Positions 26,256-39,500 of a DNA stretch of 64,000 nt are shown piece after piece. Source of the DNA: Nemertoderma westbladi (taxonomy: Eukaryota > Animalia > Xenacoelomorpha); the NCBI GenBank assembly GCA_032718475.1, contig JAUCBJ010008675.1:44769-108768 (forward strand), given 5' to 3'. The notes under the pieces are model-generated. The model ran no database searches and was not told where the DNA came from. It was given only the letters and a program-made list of their open reading frames with translations. A program made the translations under genes and the position numbers. Positions within the stretch are counted from its first letter, which is position 1. Every line of letters begins with the position of its first letter.

Positions 26256-27691
26256 ATAATTAATTTAATTATACACTAATTAAAGTTTATTGTTGTTATC
26301 TCCTGCAAGAATGTGATAAATCTGGGTGTGAAATGTGATAAATGATGATGTGATAAGAATGATGATATGATAAGATAAGAATGTGTATATATGATATGAT
26401 AAGAATGTGATAAATTGGACTGGTTTGCGGAACACCCTGTCGCTACCGTTTCGAACTGCCGCTCCGAATCGACGGAGATGTGGTCGACGAGCGGATTTAG
26501 CCTCTACTGCTCTCGTCGGGGAAGAAAATCTTGAGTCTCCTCTCCACGAACTAGAGGCCTAATCGCCAAACTCTGACCTCTCTCTGGCTGGGGATATTGA
26601 GACCAACCCAGGACCCAGCAGGACGCGGGCCCCGAAGATCAACTGTCCCGTCTATCAACGAGGAACAAACTCTCGGAGTAAGATCGTCCAATGCGAGAGT
26701 TGTGACAAATTTGTACATTTAAAATGTTACCGTAGGAAAAGCAGTAATTTATTCTCCACCAGAAGCAATCTTGAGCCATGTTTTCTCTGCGATAGCTGTA
26801 TTTTTACCGACATTTCCTTTCATGATACTATTTTAGAATCAGAAACCGACGATTCATTCCTCACATCGCCTCTGCAAACTCCAAGTGATGCTGAGAGTGA
26901 AACTTTTAAATTTTTTAAGAAAAAAGGTCTGCATTTTTTCATTTAAACACATGATCTCTGCTTCCAAAACTTTCTGAAATTCGAATTTTAGTCAATAAAT
27001 CTAACCCAGCAGTTATAACAATCTCTGAATCTTGGCTCGATGATAGCGTTTCTTATGGAGAAATTTATATTGATAATTACGTAGTTTTACGTAAGGATAG
27101 GGACAGACACGGTGGTGGTGTCTGTACTTACATTCGATGTGATTTAGCTTTTAATCGTAGGGAAGATTTAGAGACTTGTGACGAAGTTTTACTGGTGGAA
27201 CTTTTACTTCCTAAAACTAAACCTATTGTAATCGGTGCCCTAAACAATCAGATTTTTTGCAAAATTTGGAAAATACAATTTTATGTAATCTTAGATCAGA
27301 CTGAAATATATTTCTTAGGTGATTTTAATATCTGTTACCATCACAAAGCATCCCCCATCTGTAAACAGTACCAAAGTATTTTAAATTTGTTTGGTTTAAA
27401 ACAAATCATTCGAGATTCTACCAGAATTACCAGCAAAACTTCTACACTACTAAATCACATCCTTTGTAATAATACCGATATTATTTCTCAATCTGGGGTT
27501 TTACCTATAGGTCTAAGCGATCATTTTATAGTTTTTTGCACAAGAAAGACACAAAAATCTTTTTTCGGGGATCATAAAACAGTAACAGTTAGGTCTATGA
27601 AAAATTACAGCAGGGAACGCTTTTTAAGTTTGTTAGTTAATTCTGACTGGGAACCCTGTTTTAAGGCCGCTGACATTAACCTTGTGTACAC

Positions 27692-28511
27692 GGTACATGC
27701 TAAAAAGTAGAATGAGCTAGAATGATCTAGAATGACCTAGAATGATCTAGAATGACCTAGAATGAGCTAGAATGAGCTATGAGAAGATGATAGAATGCAA
27801 GAATGATCTAGAATTATCTAGAATGACATAAGAATCACCTAGAACGAACTCTGTTGAGATGATAAAATGTAATACCGACCAATACCAAGCTATAACAAGA
27901 TCAGAATCGCCTAGAATGGGGTATGAGTATATGATAGAATGCAATACCGACCTATACCGAGCTATAACAAGATCAGAATCGCCTAGAATGGGGTATGAGT
28001 ATATGATAGAATGCAATACCGACCTATAACGAGCTATAACAAGATAATAATCACCTAGAATGAGCTATTATTATTAGTAATACTATTATTTGTAGTAATA
28101 TGCTCGCTTCGAAGAATGCTGCTTACTACCTGGTTTATGTCCGGCACTAATAGGCTTCCGGTATGTAGTTTCCAAAACCGAAGCGCTGTATGTAAAGAAC
28201 TTATCCACTACCTGCTCTTTACTAGAAATCGCCATACTACGACATATTGCTGGCTCTCGAAAAACCGATTCATATCCCTGACTCAAACGACTCGATTCTT
28301 ATCTTGTTACAGCTCGGTATAGGTCGGTATTGCATTCTATCATATCCTCATAGCTCATTCTAGGCGATTCTTAGGTCATTCTAGGTCATTCTTGCATTCT
28401 ATAATCTCCTCATAGCTCATTCTAGGTCATTCTTAGGTCATTCTAGCTCATTCTAGGTCATTCTAGATCATTCTAGGTCATTCTAGCTCATTCCACTTTT
28501 TAGCATGTACC
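27692..28511. mobile_element. MULE-like MITE inserted in the LINE
   Basis: TIR ggtacatgctaaaaagt with subterminal 10-bp tagaatgaNc repeats; 9-bp TSD tgtgtacac (27683) / tgcgtacac (28512); removing it restores LINE frame INLVYTVFKDIF. Confidence 0.9.
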
Positions 28512-29440
28512 TGCGTACACTGTTTTTAAAGATATATTTCTAAAGGCACTTAATACTGTAGCACCAATTAAAGAAATTAGTCTTAAACAACGCATTGAGC
28601 CCTGGATGACCTCGGGTATTCTTAGTAATATCAGAGAAAGAGATAACTGTATAAATTTAGGAAATACTGTGTTTTAGCTGATTATAATAATTACTGCAAA
28701 TATAGAAACCTTGTCCAACGGGAAATAAAAAAAGCTAAATCTGAATATTTGTACAACAAAATAAGTGAGAATAAAGATAATCCTAAAAGTCTATGGTCTA
28801 CCCTAAAATCTTTAGGTTATAAAAACCTTAAATCTAAATCGAATATTGTTCTGCAAGATAACGGTGAGCTGATTCATGGTCATACTCTAGTTAGTAATTT
28901 ATTTAATAATTATTTTACTAGTGTTGCCTCTAATTTAGTTAAGAAGTTACCGTTATCAAGTAATAAATATAGTATAGGGTCCGAAACTCTAAATAATTTT
29001 TATTTAGAAAAGTTACAAAATTCAGATAAGTTATTTTTAAAACCCGTTTCTGAGGATTTCGTTTTTGAAAATCTACTTAGCTTCTCAGACTCAAAAAGTA
29101 CCGGTCTAGACCTAATACCTGCCCGTTTTGTTAAGGATGGTGCTAAAGTACTTAAAGTGTCTATTACTTTTATTATTAATTACTCTATCGTAGATAATGT
29201 AGTACCAGACAAACTGAAATTAGCTAAGGTTATTCCTCTGTATAAAAAGAATAGTAAAGTAGAACCCTGTAATTACAGACCTGTTAGTATCTTAAGTATT
29301 GTATCTAAAATTCTAGAACGTTCTGTTTTTCTACAGCTGGAGGCACATCTTAGTAGGCTAAATCTGATCTATGAACTTCAGTCCGGTTTTCGTAAATCAT
29401 ATTCTACAGACACATGCCTTATTAACTTAACTGATACAAT

Positions 29441-29979
29441 TAGATGTAACAACGCAAAGGGTTTATATACTGGTATGGTAATGTTGGACCTACAAAAGGT
29501 TTTCGATACTGTAGATCATGAAATTATGCTTGGTAAGTTAGGCATGATGGGTGTAGGTTCTATAGACTGGTTCAAGTCCTACCTGTCAGACAGAGGTTAA
29601 ACTGTAGTCATTAGCAAATCGCAGTCTACTGTACAAGAGATTACCTGTGGTGTACCGCAAGGTAGTATATTAGGTCCTCTGCTTTTTGTTTGCTATGTAA
29701 ATGATATGATTAGATGTAATAACGCAAAGGGTTTATATACTGGCATCGTAATGTTGGACCTACAAAAGGTTTTCGATACTGTAGATCACGAAATTCTGCT
29801 TGGTAAGTTAGGCCTGTTGGGTGTAGGTTCTATAGACTGGTTCAAGTCCTACCTGTCAGACAGAGGTCAAACTGTAGTCATTAGCAAATCGCAGTCTACT
29901 GTACAAGAGATTACCTGTGGTGTACCGCAAGGTAGTATATTAGGTCCTCTGCTTTTTGTATGCTATGTAAATGATATGA
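29441..29979 (+). repeat. 270-bp in-frame tandem duplication inside the LINE RT
   Basis: tagatgtaa.aacgcaaagg starts at 29441 and 29711; copy 1 has CAA>TAA at 29598. Confidence 0.9.
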
Positions 29980-31336
29980 TAAGTAGTATAGATCCCGATT
30001 TTAAACTCATTTTATATGCCGACGACAGTGCTCTTATTTTCTCTCATAAAGATCCTATCCATATTTCCCAAAAGTTAAGTGCAGTTCTAGAATCCTGTAA
30101 TGAGTGGTTGGTTGATAATAAGCTATCCATTCACTACGGTAAGACTGAAAGTATTTTGTTTGGTTCCAAAAGAAAGTTAAAGAAGGTAACTACGTTTGAA
30201 GTCACTAGTAATGGACATAAGATTGAAAATAAAAAGGAAGTTAAATATTTAGGCGCCACATTGGATAACTGCTTATCAGGAGAAAGCACAGTGAAAAATA
30301 TTTTCTCGAAAGTTAACAGTAGGCTTAGTTTTCTATAAAGAAATAAAAATAGTTTAAACACCGACTCCCGCAAGTTACTTTGCTCTTCTTTAATACAGTA
30401 TCACATGGACTATGCATGCTCTTCTTGGTATGAAGGCTTAACCAAACAGCTTAAATGTAAATTACAAGTAGCTCAGAATAAAATAGTACGATTTATTAAA
30501 GACTACAAACCTAGACATCACCTACCTCCAGGTGACTTTTCTGAATCTGGACTAGAGTTAAGCAGCTACGCCTTAACCATGTGCATAAAGTGTATAATGG
30601 TAAATGTCCCAATTACCTAAAACAAAAATTCATCAGAGTACGCAATACACACTCTTACAGTACCAGAGCTAGTGTTTCAAACTTTTACCTCTCGAATTGT
30701 AAATCCTTCGAATCTGATACTTTCTTTTTTAACGGTATTAAAAATTGGAACGCTCTGCCTAATGAAATTAAAAACCTAAATAATCAACATTCTTTTAAAT
30801 GTGCAGTTAAATCTCATCTCCATGTGCAATGTAAAAATAGGTACAATAGTCCAACAGTAAGTTATTAGTTTATTAATTATTTACTATTTAAACTGTAAAT
30901 ACGTTTTATAATAAATTGTTCGGTATATTACATCTTTATTGTTGAGTCGGACATTGTCATGCTCTCGGTAAAGTTGTACATGTACATAGTGTAATTACGT
31001 TTTATATTGGTTTTAGGTTAGCGTAGTGTAATATTGTATTTGTAACCAAGTAACATAAAGGACCCCCTTGGAAATAAGCTGCAAAGCTTTAGGGGTAATC
31101 CTATATGTTATGTTGGACAATACCTTTATACCGGTACATTGTTTGGTGTATTTGTTATTGTTTTTACATAATGTATACATAAATCTATCTCTAAGCAATC
31201 TGCGTCATTATCTACATCCGTTCAGTCGCAAACTTTATTTTGACATTTTCTCTAAAGTGTCGTCTATTGGACGAATTCAACCTCCAAAGGACCAATAAAA
31301 ATATAATTGATCGGACCAAGGAATATTTTCTTATCG

Positions 31337-31624
31337 TACCGAGATTTTTATATATAGAGGATAACTATATTACTACTTATCCTACGCACAAAGGCGGCTC
31401 ACTGCCGTCTTTAACCATTTTATAAATTTTTGAATATTTCACCTTTAAACCCCATGGACAGCATATGGGGCGCCGTTCTGGTCAAATGCACATGTCATTC
31501 TCGCACCGAGATTTTTATATATAGAGGATAACTATATTACTACTTATCCTACGCACAAAGGCGGCTCACTGCCGTCTTTAACCATTTCATAAATTTTTGA
31601 ATATTTCACCTTTAAACCCCATGG
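31337..31624. repeat. About 120-bp direct repeat pair, probably part of a DNA element
   Basis: accgagatttttatatatagaggataac...cctttaaaccccatgg at 31338 and 31505; related aaggcggc..actgccg motifs at 32617-32790. Confidence 0.75.
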
Positions 31625-31840
31625 GCGGCACAATGCCGGCTTAATCATTTGTAAGATAAATTACTGGCTAAAGTGAAAATAAATTTTCATGTGATTTCAT
31701 AAATTGTGTATTTCAAAGTACGTTCAAACCAATAGGAATCCCTTCAAGCAATATTAAATTAACTTTTCTAGACTAGTTTTTCCTGCCCAACACGAACATA
31801 AACTCCATTTTTCCGTCCAAATAATTATAACAAAGTTATT

Positions 31841-32593
31841 ATAGATAGATAGATTTATTTATACATTATGTAAAAACAATAACAAATACACCAAACAATG
31901 TACCGGTATAAAGGTATTGTCCAACATAACATATAGGATTACCCCTAAAGCTTTGCAGCTTATTTCCAAGGGGGTCCTTTATGTTACTTGGTTACAAATA
32001 CAATATTACACTACGCTAACCTAAAACCAATATATAACGTAATTACACTATGTACATGTACAACTTTACCGAGAGCGTGACAATGCCCGACTCAACGATA
32101 AAGATGTAATGTACAGAACAATTTATTATAAAACGTAATTACAGTATAAATAGTAAATAATTAATAAACTAATAACTTACTGTAGGACTATTGTACCTAT
32201 TTTTACATTGCACACGGAGATGAGATTTAACTGCAGATTTAAAAGAATGTTGATTATCTAGGTTTTTAATTTCATTAGGCAGAGCGTTCCAATTTTTTAT
32301 GCCGTTAAAAAAGAAAGTATCAGATTCAAAGGATTTACAATTCGGGAGGTACAGTAGAAGTTTGAAGCACTAGCTCTGGTACTGTAAGAGTGTGTATCGC
32401 GTACTCTGTTGAATTTTTGTTTTAGGTAATTGGGACATTTACCATTATACACTTTATGCACATGGTTAAGGCGTAGCTGCTTAACTCTACTATCTAAGTT
32501 AAGTAGTCCAGATTCAGAAAAGTCATCTGGAGTTAGGTGGTGCCTAGGTTTGTAGTCTTTAATAAATCGTACTACTTTATTCTGAGCTACTTG
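31841..32593 (-). mobile_element. 5'-truncated copy of the same CR1/L2 LINE, inverted (tail-to-tail)
   Basis: Reverse complement of about 30465-31190 with (TCTA)n tail; retains bases deleted from the + copy near 30553. Confidence 0.9.
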
Positions 32594-33165
32594 ATATTAT
32601 AAGAGGTTTTAAATAAAGGCGGCAACCTGCCACCCTGTAAGGGGGTGAGTATAAAATATGTAAAGGCAGCTCTCTGGCGCCCTGGGGTTTAAGTTATATG
32701 TAGTTATATATAAGGCGGCACACTGCCGCCTTCATGAATGACCATATGATCCTGGATTTTTTGACTTTAAGGAGGGAGTGTGCCGCCTTTTTTAAGAGTT
32801 ATGAAATGAAAAGGGTTAAAGTACTACCTATTGATTTGGAAAACCAAAACGGAATTAGAGTAGGTTACATTGGGTGGTTATTATTATAACCAAAACAATA
32901 AACAAAAATACCAACAAAAACTGATCACACCGGTTACAGTATAAAATCCATATTCACACGTAAAAGAAAAGATTCAGTCTCTCCCAGTCATCAGTCAATA
33001 TAGTAAACTTTTTACAAACTTCCGTCCCTGTCTGACAGTCTGATGTTCCGGTATGTACGACGTAGACTAAGTCAAGCCTTCACATCGTACCACGGTAACG
33101 CTGTAACGGTAGGTAGCCTACTTCTCTCAAGAAAATAAACTATCATTAATTACCGGTAACTAACA

Positions 33166-34023
33166 ATGCGTGTTATCGGATTGATTAGTGGGGGGAAGGA
33201 TTCTACCTTCAATCTAATGCACTGTCTGGCGGACGGTCACCAACTGGTAGGGTTGGCTAACCTGTACCCGAAACCTACGGATAACGGGACGCCATCAACC
33301 GACGGGGACAACCCCCCGGTATCGCGCGAGACAGACTCCTACATGTACCAGACGGTGGGTAGCGACGGAATAACAGCGTTCGCGGCCGCGTTGGGCCTTC
33401 CGCTCTACCGTCGAGCGATCCACGGTGCGCCGGTGGCAACGGGCGCCGATTATATACCCGAGGAAACGGACGAAGTTGAGGATTTATTCCGATTACTGAA
33501 GGAGATTCGAGAAACTCTCGACTTCGACGCGATTTCCGTCGGCGCCATTATGTCGCAGTATCAAACAGATAGAGTAGAGAACGTATGTTCCAGATTAGGT
33601 CTAACTTCATTAGCGTATCTATGGAAACGCGACCAAACAGAACTGTTAGCTGAGATGGTTGAGTTCGGTGTAGAAGCGGTTATTATTAAGGTCGCGGCGA
33701 TGGGATTAGATGAGCGGCATTTAGGGTTAGGGTTGGGGGAGTTAAGTAATGCAATCCAGCGGCCGGCTAAGGAATTTGGGTTGAACGTCTGCGGGGAGGG
33801 CGGGGAATTTGAAACGTTCACGTTGGACTCGCCGATACACAGACGGAGTATAGTGATAGAGGAGAAGGAGGTTGTGGTTCACTCCCAGGATCCATTCGCC
33901 CCCGTTTTATATCTCCGATTAAATAAACTGAGTTTGCGGGATAAACCGGATCAGCAGTGCAATAAAGCTTTACTAGGGAAACTAAGTGAACTTATCAATG
34001 AACGCAGGTCTAAACAGTCGTAG
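33166..34023 (+). CDS. DPH6: Diphthine--ammonia ligase, intronless CDS
   Basis: MRVIGLISGGKDS PP-loop, ETDSYMYQTVG, DEVEDL, GAIMSQYQTDRVENVCSRLGL, AYLW, IIKVAAMGL, NVCGEGGEFETFTLDSP. Confidence 0.95.
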   Translation: MRVIGLISGGKDSTFNLMHCLADGHQLVGLANLYPKPTDNGTPSTDGDNPPVSRETDSYMYQTVGSDGITAFAAALGLPLYRRAIHGAPVATGADYIPEETDEVEDLFRLLKEIRETLDFDAISVGAIMSQYQTDRVENVCSRLGLTSLAYLWKRDQTELLAEMVEFGVEAVIIKVAAMGLDERHLGLGLGELSNAIQRPAKEFGLNVCGEGGEFETFTLDSPIHRRSIVIEEKEVVVHSQDPFAPVLYLRLNKLSLRDKPDQQCNKALLGKLSELINERRSKQS

Positions 34024-34284
34024 ATAAAGTTAATAGTTCGTGTTTTATATTTATATATTATGTTGTTATTGGGTTAATCATGGTGGTTTAAAAACAATTA
34101 ATGTATAACAGAGTTCGAATTGATTATAAATCCAGCAGGAATTACCCAAATTTGATTTCTGGTTTTTATAAAACTCTATCAAAAAAATATTTCAACTGAA
34201 ACCTCAGCATATAGCCTAGCCAACAATCTTCCAATCTCTTTCAGGTACATAATATATCAAACTGAAAGTTTTATTTTTACTCAC

Positions 34285-34427
34285 CTGAATCGGAAGTCCT
34301 CCGGTAGGTAGCTCTTAGCGTTCGCGTCAGCTATACTCAGTTCTATCTGTTTGTTTAAATCGGCCGAGCTGTTTCCGTATCCGTTCAATATATAATCGGC
34401 GAATACAAGTTTACCATCGTGGTACAT
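34285..34427 (-). CDS. C3orf20: C3orf20-like host gene exon
   Basis: tttacccag| 143 nt |gtgagt, phase 0/2; MYHDGKLVFADYILNGYGNSSADLNKQI...YLPEDFRF resembles the recalled C3orf20 GKLIF...LNGYG...LPDDYKFS segment. Confidence 0.8.
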
Positions 34428-36554
34428 CTGGGTAAATAAATGGTTACTATTTGGTTACAACTCTGGGTACATCTGGGTAAATAAATGGTTACTGTTTGGT
34501 CACAACTCTGGGTACATCTGGGTAAATAATTGATTACTGTTTGGTCACAACTCTGGGTACATCTGGGTAAATAAATGGTTACTATTTGGTTACAACTCTG
34601 GGTACATATGGGTAAATAAATGGTTACTGTTTGGTCACAACTCTGGGTACATCTGGGTAAATAATTGATTACTGTTTGGTCACAACTCTGGGTACATCTG
34701 GGTAAATAAATGGTTACTGTTTGGTCACAACTCTGGGTACATCTGGGTAAATAAATGGTTACTATTTGGTTACAACTCTGGGTACATCTGGGTAAATAAA
34801 TGGTTACTGTTTGGTCACAACTCTGGGTACATCTGGGTAAATAAATGGTTACTGTTTGGTCACAACTCTGGGTACATCTGGGTAAATAAATGGTTACTAT
34901 TTGGTTACAACTCTGGGTACATCTGGGTAAATAAATGGTTACTGTTTGGTCACAACTCTGGGTACATCTGGGTAAATAATTGATTACTGTTTGGTCACAA
35001 CTCTGGGTACATCTGGGTAAATAAATGGTTACTGTTTGGTCACAACTCTGGGTACATCTGGGTAAATAATTGGTTACTGTTTGGTCACAACTCTGGGTAC
35101 ATCTGGGTAAACAAATGGTTACTGTTTGGTCACAACTCTGGGTACATCTGGGTAAATAATTGGTTACTGTTTGGTCACAACTCTGGGTACATCTGGGTAA
35201 ATAAATGGTTACTGTTTGGTTACAACTCGGATACATCTGGGTAAATAAATGGTTACTGTATGGATACAACTCTGGGTACATCTGGGTAAATAAACAGTTA
35301 CTGTTTGGGTACAACTCTGGGTACATAAACAGTTACTGTTTGGGTACAACTCTGAGTACATAAACAGTTACTGTTTGGGTACAACTCTGGTTACATCTGG
35401 GTACATAAATGGTTACTGTTTGGATACAACTCTGGCTACATCTGGGTAAATAAATGGTTACTGTATGGATACAACTCTGGGTGCATCTGGGTAAATAAAT
35501 GGTCACTGTTTGGTTACAACTCTGGGTAAATAAATGGTTACTGTTTGGTTACAACTCTGCGTACATCTGGGTAAATAAATGGTTAATGTTTGGTTACAAC
35601 TCTGGGTACATCTGGGTAAATAAATGGTTACTGTATGGATACAACTCTGGGTACATCTGGGTAAATAAACAGTTACTGTTTGGGTACAACTCTGGGTACA
35701 TAAACAGTTACTGTTTGGGTACAACTCTGGGTACATAAACAGTTACTGTTTGGGTACAACTCTGGTTACATCTGGGTACATAAATGGTTACTGTTTGGAT
35801 ACAACTCTGGCTACATCTGGGTAAATAAATGGTTACTGTTTGGTTACAACTCTGGGTAAATAAATGGTTACTGTTTGGTTACAACTCTGGGTACATCTGG
35901 TTAAATAAACAGTTACTGTTTGGGTACAACTCTGGGTACATAAACAGTTACTGTTGGGGTACAACTCTGGGTACATAAACAGTTACTGTTTGGGTACAAC
36001 TCTGGTTACATCTGGGTACATAAACAGTTACTGTTTGGGTACAACTCTGGTTACATCTGGGTACATAAATGGTTACTGTTTGGATACAACTCTGGCTACA
36101 TCTGGGTAAATAAATGGTTACTGTTTGGTTACAACTCTGGGTAAATAAATGGTTACTGTTTGGTTACAACTCTGGCTACATCTGGGTAAATAAATGGTTA
36201 CTGTTTGGTTACAACTCTGTGTAAATAAATGGTTAATGTTTGGTTACAACTCTGGGTACATCTGGGTAAATAAATGGTTACTGTTTGGATACAACTCTGG
36301 GTACATCTGGTTAAATAAACAGTTACTGTTTGGTCACAACTCTGGGTACATCTGGGTAAATAAATGGTTAATGTTTGGTTACAACTCTGGGTACAATTGG
36401 GTAAATAAATGGTTACTGTTTGGGTACAACTCTGGGTACATCTGTGTATATAAATGGTTACTGTTTGGTTACAACTCTGGGTACATCTGGGTAAATAAAT
36501 GGTTACTGTTTGGATACAACTCTGGCTACATCTGGGTAAATAATTGGTTACTGT
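34421..36554. repeat. 45-bp tandem array (roughly 45-50 units, some shortened); remnant unit at 40547-40568
   Basis: Unit ggtacatctgggtaaataaatggttactgtttggtcacaactctg; no unique spacers. Confidence 0.95.
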
Positions 36555-39500
36555 TGTGTAGTATAGTGCATGGCTCTCCCCCGTGAAGTCTGCATGTCCG
36601 CAACCGCTCCCACGGCGCCCTCGGCTGCCAGAGCGACGGCGCAACGCAGCCGCCAGCCCAGGCCCCGCCGCGATCAACCACCCACCCGCTGCCCGCAGTG
36701 CGGGTTCCCCCCACACAACGCGGGAGCCCGTTGCCCCGGCGCCGATGCCCGCTGTCGCCACTGCAACACAGTCGGGCACTACAATCGGATGTGCCCCCGC
36801 CGCCCCCAGACCAACGCAGCCGACGGGCCCGCCACCGATTACGACGACGATCGGTCGACCAACGCCGCCGAGATCTGGTCGATCCTCGCCGGTCCCGAAC
36901 TTTACGACGCCCCCACCGTCTCCTCCATTGAACAGTTGGAGTCCCTCGAGACGGTGACACTGGGATTCCAGGTCACTAAGAACCCCAGTTTTGGAATCAC
37001 CGAACTCCAGTTCCTCCCAGATTCCGGTGCCAACATTACGGCGATTCCCTTCCGGATCTACTCAGCCTTCGGGGGGAAAGTCGAGAACCTCCGGAACTCC
37101 AACCCGCCGCCCCAACCACCTAAACTCGCCAACGGTAGTCGAGCGGGTTGGGTTTTTAAGGGAGTATTCGGCGCCACCATCCAGTGCCATGCATTGCACA
37201 CTGCCTGCACCACGGATGTCTGGGTCCTGGACGGCCTCCACCAACCACTGCTGTCCAGGAAGACCTGCTTCACCCTCGGGATCCTGTGGAGCCCCATCCT
37301 CCGGGGTGGGCGGGGGCCACCCGACGCCCTCACTAGGCAGTGTGCGAACCAGCTACTGGCCGCGCCACCGCCCACGCCACCGACCACGCCACCAGCACAA
37401 CCACCGCCAACCCCACCAACACCGACACCATCGCCGACACTGCCACCCAACGCGACCCAGACCTGGGAAACCCTGGTTACCCGGTACCCCCGCCCCCTCT
37501 CTGGGAACTGTAGGGTTATGGCCGGGGGGGATATAACCATAAAACTGCTCCCGGACGCCAAACCATCGTTCCGGTACTCCAACCGCCCCATACCGGCCAA
37601 CCTGGAGGAAGCATTCGACAGGGAGCTCAGCGACCAGGTTGCCATGGGGATCCTCGAGCCCGCGGACGATGCCAACAGTCCCAGCGCGTGGCTCAGCCCC
37701 ATGGTCGTTACTAGGAAGAAGAGCGACCCCAACTCCGTCCGGATTACTGTCGACCTCCGGGAGTTGAACCGCCACACCGTCCGACCCGCCTACTTTTCCC
37801 CGGACCCGTTCCAGGTCGTCTCCCGCGTCCCCACATCGGCCCGCTACTTCTCCGTCGTCGATGGACTCAAGGGGTTCCACCAGGTCGGCCTCGATCGGAA
37901 CAGCCGGGAGCTCACCACGTTCGCCACTCCGCGGGGACGGTTCCGGTACCGCCGAATGCCCATGGGGTGGCACGGCAGTTCGGACGTCTTCAACGCCCGG
38001 ATGGCCAAGGCCCTCCAGGGCGTCCCCAACATCGGCCGGATCGTCGAGGATATCCTCATCTATACCGACACCATAGAGGAGCATCCGGAGGCAGTGGCGA
38101 GAGTTCTCGCCGCCTGCGACACCGCCGACATCTCCATCAACCCGAGGAAGGTTCAGTTCTGCCTTCCGGAGGTCAAGTTCGGCGGCTACATCGTCTCCCA
38201 CGGCCGATTCCGGATCGACCCGGAACTCACGGACGACCTACGGAACTTCCCGGCCCCAACCTGCCGGAAGGAACTCCGATCGTTCCTCGGCCTCGCCCAG
38301 CAGCTGGGAAACTCCACAGCCGAGATAACCCAACTAATCGAACCCCTCCGGAGCCTGAACTCTAACTATAACAGCTGGTTGTGGCTGCCCCAACACAACC
38401 AGGCGTTCGAGGCGACTCGGTCCGCCCTGTCCAGCCCCCACTACCTGTCTGGGTTCCACCCCGACCGACGGACGGAACTCCTCACCGACGCCTCCCGGCT
38501 CCACGGACTCGGTTTCCTCCTCCGACAGCGCGACCCCGACTCCAACCGTTGGCTCACCGTCCAGTGCGGCTCCCGTACCCTCGCCAAACACGAGGCCAAC
38601 TGGTCCGGTATGGCCGAACTGGAGGCCCTCGGCGCTGCGTGGGCGGCCCACAAGTGCCGCTATTTCCTCGACGGACTGCGGCACTTCGAACTGGTGACCG
38701 ACAGCAGTCCGTTGATTCCTGTACTGAACGATCGCAGCCTCGACCAGGTCACCAACGACCGCCTGCTGAAACTGAAGACCGCCTTGGCGCGGTTTAATTT
38801 CACCGCTCGGCACCAACGCGGCACCAAGCACCTCGTGGCTGACGCGTTCTCCCGCGCCCCCCGCCACGCACCGGAGCCCTCCGACCTACTACTCACCCCG
38901 GAGGACGACGCCGACCGGGAGTTCATCGTCAACGCGGCTGCGGGAGAAATACAACCCGTCGAATCCCGGGACGCCCGTCTCGAACAGGTCCGCCAGGTCG
39001 GCCAGCTAGACCCCGTCTACCGCGCCCTGCTCACCACCATCGACGAGGGCTGGCCGACCTCCAAACACCAGATTACCGACGACCAACTCAGACCTTACTT
39101 CGCTCACCGCGCTGACCTGATGGCCCACAATGGCCTCATCCTCCGCGGGCCCCAACTATACATCCCCGTGGAACTGCGACACGAGACCCTGCTGCAACTC
39201 CACGCAGCCCACCAGGGCCTTAACAAGACGCGAGAACGCGCTAACAGGTCTGTCTGGTGGCCCTCCATCGCCCACGACATTACACAGGCGGTGGAGCGGT
39301 GCCAACCGTGTCAGGCAGTCCTCCCCTCCCACGCACCCGAGCCCCTCCAGCGCAACCCGGAAGCGACCCGTCCGTTCCAACGGACCCACATCGACCTCTT
39401 CCAGGTCGACGCCAAAAACTACATGGCCGCCACCGACGAGTTCACTGGGTGGCCGACATTATATCGGCTAAACTCCGACACCACCTCGGTCGCCATTATC

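Larger units (their letters stand above)
26417..31190 (+). mobile_element. Near full-length decayed CR1/L2-superfamily LINE: 2A peptide - PHD - APE - RT
   Basis: GDIETNPGP (26590-26616); CESCDKFVHLKC PHD; ISESWL, RKDRDRHGGGV, LGDFN, SDH (APE); [36 protein letters not shown] (RT); frameshifts and stops. Confidence 0.92.

Noticed and set aside
34421-36554. CRISPR array or a 313-aa repeat protein (ORF 34385-35326)
   Set aside because: Units are contiguous with no unique spacers, there are no cas genes, and the context is eukaryotic. The ORF arises because 45 is divisible by 3 and is not in the host exon frame.
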